This document shows positions 59,311 through 64,000 of a stretch of 64,000 nt of DNA, piece after piece. How positions within the stretch are numbered: the first letter of the stretch is position 1; the number at the start of each line of letters is the position of its first letter. The position numbers and the translations under genes are program-made. This DNA comes from Thermodesulfovibrionales bacterium. Its GTDB lineage: Bacteria; Nitrospirota; Thermodesulfovibrionia; Thermodesulfovibrionales; SM23-35. The stretch spans positions 1-64,000 of the forward strand of contig CAVQRT010000008.1 in the NCBI GenBank assembly GCA_963715195.1, written 5' to 3'. The notes below the pieces were generated by a model. That model saw nothing but the letters and a program-made list of their open reading frames with translations. It ran no database searches and had not been told where the DNA came from.

Positions 59311-60510
59311 ATGGATGTCAAAAAAATGTTTGATGAATCAGCCCGCTATCTTATGAATACCTATACAAGGTTCCCCGTACTTCTCAGGAAAGGGCGCGGA
59401 ATGAAGGTATGGAGTTCCGACGGCAAGGAATACCTCGATTTTGTCGGAGGAGTTGCAGTAAACATTCTCGGGCACTGTCATCCCCGTGTCGTGGTCGCAA
59501 TACAGAAACAGGCACAGCGGCTGATTCATGTTTCAAATTATTATCACATAGAGCCTCAGATAAAACTTGCAAAACTGCTCGTTGAAAATTCCTTTGCCGA
59601 TAAAGTCTTCTTCTGCAATTCAGGCGCTGAAGCAATGGAGGCGGCGATCAAACTCGCACGCAAATATGGAAAGGAACACATTGATCCCGGCCGGTTCGAG
59701 ATCATAGCAGCGAACAATTCGTTCCACGGAAGAACAATCGCGGCAATCACGGCTTCCGGTCAGGAAAAACTTCAGAGAGGATTTGAGCCCTTAGTGCCGG
59801 GGTTCAGACACGTTCCCTTCAACAATATACAGGCTCTGCGTGATGCGGTAACCGGGAATACCTGTGCCATCCTGCTCGAACCGATTCAGGGAGAAGGGGG
59901 TGTGAGGATTCCCGAAGAGGATTATCTCAAAGCGGTGAGGGACCTCTGTAATGAGCATAACATCCTGCTTATCCTCGACGAGGTACAAACGGGAATGGGC
60001 AGGACCGGAAAACTCTTTGCGCACGAACATTTCGGGATTACGCCGGATATTATGGCTATGGCGAAAGGTCTCGGCGGCGGTGTTCCAATCGGGGCAATGC
60101 TCGCGACAGACAAAGTGGCCGCCGGATTTCAACCGGGCAACCATGCTTCGACCTTTGGGGGCAACCCTCTTGTCTGCGCGGCTGGCGTGGCAACCCTCGA
60201 GACACTTCTTGAAGACGGATTCATTCTCGATCAATGCAACAGGATGAGCGTATATTTTGTCAAGAGACTCGAAAAGCTGAAGACAAAATTCCCTTCAGTG
60301 GTAAAAGAAATACGGGGGAAAGGTTTGCTGCTCGGCATGGAACTCACGACAGAGGGAGAACCGATAGTACGGGCCTGTCTCGAAAAGGGACTCCTGATAA
60401 ACTGCACTGCCGGGAACGTGCTCAGGTTTATTCCGGCATTGATCGTACAGCGAAAGGATATTGATCAGCTGATCGACGCCCTGCAGGGGATTTTATCGAG
60501 GTTGTCATAG
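59311..60510 (+). CDS. argD: Acetylornithine aminotransferase
   Basis: FCNSGAEA, SFHGRT, EPIQGEGG, DEVQTG, AKGLGGG, HASTFGGN; next to argF. Confidence 0.95.
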   Translation: MDVKKMFDESARYLMNTYTRFPVLLRKGRGMKVWSSDGKEYLDFVGGVAVNILGHCHPRVVVAIQKQAQRLIHVSNYYHIEPQIKLAKLLVENSFADKVFFCNSGAEAMEAAIKLARKYGKEHIDPGRFEIIAANNSFHGRTIAAITASGQEKLQRGFEPLVPGFRHVPFNNIQALRDAVTGNTCAILLEPIQGEGGVRIPEEDYLKAVRDLCNEHNILLILDEVQTGMGRTGKLFAHEHFGITPDIMAMAKGLGGGVPIGAMLATDKVAAGFQPGNHASTFGGNPLVCAAGVATLETLLEDGFILDQCNRMSVYFVKRLEKLKTKFPSVVKEIRGKGLLLGMELTTEGEPIVRACLEKGLLINCTAGNVLRFIPALIVQRKDIDQLIDALQGILSRLS

Positions 60511-60541
60511 GGAACTGACCTTCATCAATGCAAAAAAAGCA

Positions 60542-61462
60542 ATGAAAAGAGACTTTTTGACCGTATCGGAATTGTCCTCGAAAGAGATTGCCCGTCTCCT
60601 GAAAAGAGCCATGGCGTTCAAGTCGGGAAAAGATGCGCACGCATGCCCGCTCATTGGGAAAAGCATCGGCCTGATATTTGAAAAGGCATCAACCCGTACG
60701 AGGGTTTCATTCGAAGTCGGCATTTATCAGCTTGGGGCACAGAGTATCTATTTGACCCCGAAAGAGATACAGATTGGCAGAGGAGAAACCGTCCACGATA
60801 CAGCAAAGGTCCTCTCACGGTATCTTGATGCAATTGTCATGAGAACGTTCAGCCATGATACCATAACAGAATTCGCATCGCATGCTTCAATTCCGGTTAT
60901 CAACGGCCTCAGTGATCTGCACCATCCCTGCCAGGCACTTGCTGATGTAATGACCATTATCGAGAAGAAAGGGCGTCTGAACGGTATCCGTCTTGCGTAT
61001 GTGGGAGACGGGAACAACGTTGCAAATTCCCTGATCGAAGCTGCATCAATCACGGGAGTGAGCCTCACCATTGCTTGTCCCGGAGGATATGAACCGACTG
61101 TTGAGATTCTCCGTCGGGCACGGTCATTGTCAAAACATGAGATCACGATTGTACGGGATCCGAAGGAGGCGGTCTCCGGAGCAGATGCGGTCTATACGGA
61201 TGTCTGGGTGAGCATGGGGCAGGAAAAGGAGGCATTGCAAAGGAAAAAGAAATTCAGGAAGTATCAGTTGAACAGGGCGCTCCTCTCGCATGCCCGTGCA
61301 GATGCGATTGTGCTCCATTGCCTCCCTGCGCACAGAGGCGAGGAAATTACGGACGATGTCATGGACGGCCGGCAGAGTGTTGTTTATGACCAGGCGGAAA
61401 ACAGGCTGCATACCCAGAAGGCGTTATTGGAATTTCTGCTGGCGAATGAAGATTCTTCATAA
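60542..61462 (+). CDS. argF: Ornithine carbamoyltransferase
   Basis: STRTRVSFE, HPCQ, GDGNN, TDVWVSMG, HCLP, QAENR. Confidence 0.97.
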   Translation: MKRDFLTVSELSSKEIARLLKRAMAFKSGKDAHACPLIGKSIGLIFEKASTRTRVSFEVGIYQLGAQSIYLTPKEIQIGRGETVHDTAKVLSRYLDAIVMRTFSHDTITEFASHASIPVINGLSDLHHPCQALADVMTIIEKKGRLNGIRLAYVGDGNNVANSLIEAASITGVSLTIACPGGYEPTVEILRRARSLSKHEITIVRDPKEAVSGADAVYTDVWVSMGQEKEALQRKKKFRKYQLNRALLSHARADAIVLHCLPAHRGEEITDDVMDGRQSVVYDQAENRLHTQKALLEFLLANEDSS

Positions 61463-62330
61463 ACTTCTTCCAGAAATCTTTTCACTCTTTGTAATACTCC
61501 CTGTCATTGCCATATTTTTCTTCATATTTCCTGCGGACGATCTTGATGCAAAAACCCTCCGTTTCGAAATATCTCCAGACACAATCAATCAGGGTGATGC
61601 ATTCGTGATCAGAGTGACAGGGGTAAAAAATCCGTTTGCACCAACCGCAACAATGGCAAAAAATAAAATCCCTTTCAGCAGATGCGGGGAGGGATGCTTT
61701 CATGGTATCGGAGCAGTAGGCATCGATACAAAACCCGGCGCCTATCTGGTGAAGGTCAGGGTAGGAAAAGCGAGAAAAAATATCAGGTTAACCGTCAGGA
61801 AAGGCGCTTTTCAGACAGTAACGATGACGCTTCCCCAGGAACAGGTCACTTTGAGCCCGGCTGATCTGAAGCTGGTAAAAGTGGAGAACAAACATCTCAA
61901 AGCGCTCTTCCTGGCAACGTCAGAAAGGCAGTGGGAGGGTAAGTTTCTGATCCCTGTCCAAAATGAAATATCCACGCCTTTTGGAATGAACCGTATTATG
62001 AACAAGACGTGGACGAGCATTCACCGCGGAGTGGATATCAGAGGTGCAGAAGGGGAGGGCGTGAGGGCTTCAAATAACGGTAAAGTCGTCTTGGCCCAGG
62101 GGCTGTTCTTTGGAGGGAATACGATCGTCCTTGATCATGGGCAGGGGATCCATACTGTCTATATGCACCTGTCGCACATGAAGGTTCGTTGCGGGGATAC
62201 GGTCTCAAAGGGTGATATCATAGGACTCATCGGTTCTACCGGTCGATCAACCGGGCCGCATCTGCATTTTGGTGTCAAGATATCGAATGTATCCGTTAAT
62301 CCCCTGTCGGTCCTGAGTTTGGACTTGTAA
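61446..62330 (+). CDS. M23 family metallopeptidase
   Basis: N-terminal TM/signal, HRGVD and TGPHLHF motifs. Start at ATG 61446, overlapping the argF end. Confidence 0.92.
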   Translation: MKILHKLLPEIFSLFVILPVIAIFFFIFPADDLDAKTLRFEISPDTINQGDAFVIRVTGVKNPFAPTATMAKNKIPFSRCGEGCFHGIGAVGIDTKPGAYLVKVRVGKARKNIRLTVRKGAFQTVTMTLPQEQVTLSPADLKLVKVENKHLKALFLATSERQWEGKFLIPVQNEISTPFGMNRIMNKTWTSIHRGVDIRGAEGEGVRASNNGKVVLAQGLFFGGNTIVLDHGQGIHTVYMHLSHMKVRCGDTVSKGDIIGLIGSTGRSTGPHLHFGVKISNVSVNPLSVLSLDL

Positions 62331-62371
62331 ACGGTGGAACAATGAAGCACCTCCATTTCCCGGATGCTTAT

Positions 62372-62463
62372 AATCTCTCATGACCTCTCTTTAGAAAAGA
62401 GGGGAAATATTACTGTTTTCCTCCATGTGATTGCCCTTTTCTAAAGGGGGATTGAGGGGGATT
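62372..62463. repeat. REP-like palindromic element (AATCTC...CCTCT..TT..AAAGAGGGG / CCCTTT..AAAGGGGGATT.AGGGGGATT family)
   Basis: Two inverted purine/pyrimidine hairpin units. Confidence 0.6.
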
Positions 62464-62582
62464 CCTGGTTAAAGGTATTGAGATTACAAAATTTTCTTAT
62501 GGATATAAGTATCGTCACAAGGGTGCCCCTTTTTTTCGTGTGTATTTTGTGATATGGTATACCATATTTTCGTGAAAGGAAG

Positions 62583-62732
62583 ATGAGGATCATGAAGCTC
62601 AAAATCGTGGCCGTGATTCTGCTCCTGTTGATATGCGGTAGTTGCGCGTCATATCAGTACCAACCTGAATCCTGTTTCCCGTATGCAGAATACAGATCCT
62701 ACCGCGGGCCTTTCTGTTCTCCGTCACCATGA
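62583..62732 (+). CDS. Small putative lipoprotein (49 aa; below the ORF-track cutoff)
   Basis: AAAGGA SD; MRIMKLKIVAVILLLLICGSCASYQYQPESCFPYAEYRSYRGPFCSPSP; basic N-region, hydrophobic core, lipobox-like CGSC. Confidence 0.6.
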   Translation: MRIMKLKIVAVILLLLICGSCASYQYQPESCFPYAEYRSYRGPFCSPSP

Positions 62733-62784
62733 ACGTATTTTCAACGGAGGGTGAGTTCATACATGAAAATATTCTGTTACTTAA

Positions 62785-62884
62785 TCATTCCGGCTTGACC
62801 GGAATCTTTTCCATGGCTTCTCAGAAGGATTCCCGCAATCTCTGACAAGCGGAGACAGGCTCTGCTTCGCTTGTCAGAATGACA
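62785..62884. repeat. REP-like palindromic element (TCATTCCGGCTTGACCGGAATC ... GATTC...GAATGACA)
   Basis: Hairpin ATTCCGG-CTTGA-CCGGAAT and long hairpin TCTGACAAGCG...CGCTTGTCAGA; related to 51729-51823. Confidence 0.7.
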
Positions 62885-62962
62885 GTCCTCTGAGTTGCTT
62901 GGGTAGCTTATGAACAGGCACTCAAGAAAGGTATCAAAGACTGTAGTTTCGTATCATAAGAC

Positions 62963-64000
62963 ATGAAAAAAGCAAAACGATTTGAGCTCATTTCTTTGTT
63001 CGTGTCAATTTTAGCCATCCTCTTTGCTCTCTCTTCCCAGGCGTTTGCTGAAGAAGTTGTTGAGGTAGTCGTCAAAAAGGGAGACTGTCTTATCAAAATC
63101 GTGGAAGAGTATCTTGAAGACCCGCACCAGTGGAAGGAAGTTGCCCGTATCAATCGTTTGAAGAATCCAGATCTTATTTATCCTGACCAAATCCTTATCA
63201 TACCGGTCGGACTTCTTCGCGGCATCCCCGTCGACGGTGTGGTCGCATTTGTCCAGGGAGATGTCATGATACAGGCAAAAGGCACTGAAGAATGGAACCC
63301 TCTCCGTCTTCACGACCGGGTCAAAGAAGGAAGCAAAATCAAAACAGGTGATAAGTGTGCCATCGAAATCGTTTTTAGTGACGGATTCTCCTGCTTCCAG
63401 AAGTCAAATACCGTTGCTGGGTTCTTGAAAGTCAGAAAAAAAGGCGATGCACACGAAGAGAGACTGTCTCTTCAAAAAGGCAGGATAATAACAAGAATCC
63501 TGAAGGCTACGGGGAGGGAATCACGGTTCGAGATTCAAACACCCTCCGCGGTCTGTGCAGCGAGAGGCACGATTTTCAGAACCTCTGTTGATTCGGGTGG
63601 TGATACGCGGTCTGAGGTACTGGAGGGGAAAACCGAGGTTATTGCTATGATGCAGAAAGAAATGGTTTCCGGGGGTGAAGGTACCCTTGTCCGAAAAGGG
63701 GAACCTCCGTTAAAACCGAGAAAGCTGTTGCCGCCGCCAAACGTTAAACAGGGCGAGAAGGTTTTCAACAAACTGCCTCTTCTTTTGAGGTTTGATCCGG
63801 TTGAAGGAACCATTTCTTACAGAGTTTTATTGACGAAGGACACACATGGGAAAGAAATTATATATGAGAACATCATGAAACCTGATGAACATGTCGAAAT
63901 TCGGGGTTTGGATGACGGCATCTATTTTCTCCATGCACTCAGTGTCGATGAAATCGGACTGGAAGGTCTGCCCTCGGAACCTGAAGAGATTCGCCTCAGA
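62963..64000 (+). CDS. Secreted LysM + FecR-domain protein (runs off window; not in ORF track)
   Basis: Manual translation MKKAKRFELISLFVSILAILFALSSQAFA-EEVVEVVVKKGDCL...W.EVARINRLKNPDLIYP (LysM), later RFEIQTPSAVCAARGTIF..SEVLEG (FecR). Confidence 0.88.
   Translation, partial: MKKAKRFELISLFVSILAILFALSSQAFAEEVVEVVVKKGDCLIKIVEEYLEDPHQWKEVARINRLKNPDLIYPDQILIIPVGLLRGIPVDGVVAFVQGDVMIQAKGTEEWNPLRLHDRVKEGSKIKTGDKCAIEIVFSDGFSCFQKSNTVAGFLKVRKKGDAHEERLSLQKGRIITRILKATGRESRFEIQTPSAVCAARGTIFRTSVDSGGDTRSEVLEGKTEVIAMMQKEMVSGGEGTLVRKGEPPLKPRKLLPPPNVKQGEKVFNKLPLLLRFDPVEGTISYRVLLTKDTHGKEIIYENIMKPDEHVEIRGLDDGIYFLHALSVDEIGLEGLPSEPEEIRLR

Noticed and set aside
62552..62567. Shared ATGGTA/TACCAT half-sites with the island operators at 450-485
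   Set aside because: Half-sites are in the opposite arrangement with no spacer, so cross-regulation by the island wHTH is unsupported.

Overview
A 64-kb bacterial chromosome segment, mostly housekeeping genes. Gene content and order suggest a diderm anaerobe, most plausibly Nitrospirota/Thermodesulfovibrionia; this is inference. Bases 1-2739 are one end of a genomic island integrated at the 3' end of an initiator tRNA-Met. It carries the 5' end of an IS, an autoregulated wHTH gene, a frameshifted nucleotidyltransferase and a tyrosine integrase. Core genes follow: cdaA-cdaR-glmM-comEC, lysS, lolE/lolD, trpB2, tpiA-secG, 6S RNA-rny-ymdB, nagZ, nadA, def-fmt-PASTA-rpe-pgsA, thrS-infC-rpmI-rplT-pheST, zur-znuACB, mqnBD, rpsP-khpA-trmD-rplS-rnhB and argDF. 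Accessory modules are a sigma54-type, four-gene cellulose-synthase-like operon (GT2 with two PilZ domains, GT-C, small beta-rich secreted protein, BcsG; no BcsB/C/Z), a decayed cobalamin-riboswitch btu locus, and a porin + nikKMLQO-type ECF transporter behind an unexplained terminator-like leader. Hidden signals read from the sequence include a probable ATC start for thrS alongside an ATA start for infC, a two-CxxC ORF with a perfect SD running through the 6S RNA, a pseudoknot before rplT, several apparently leaderless genes, and REP-like repeats. No CRISPR array or rRNA was seen. All calls come from manual reading; no database searches were run.
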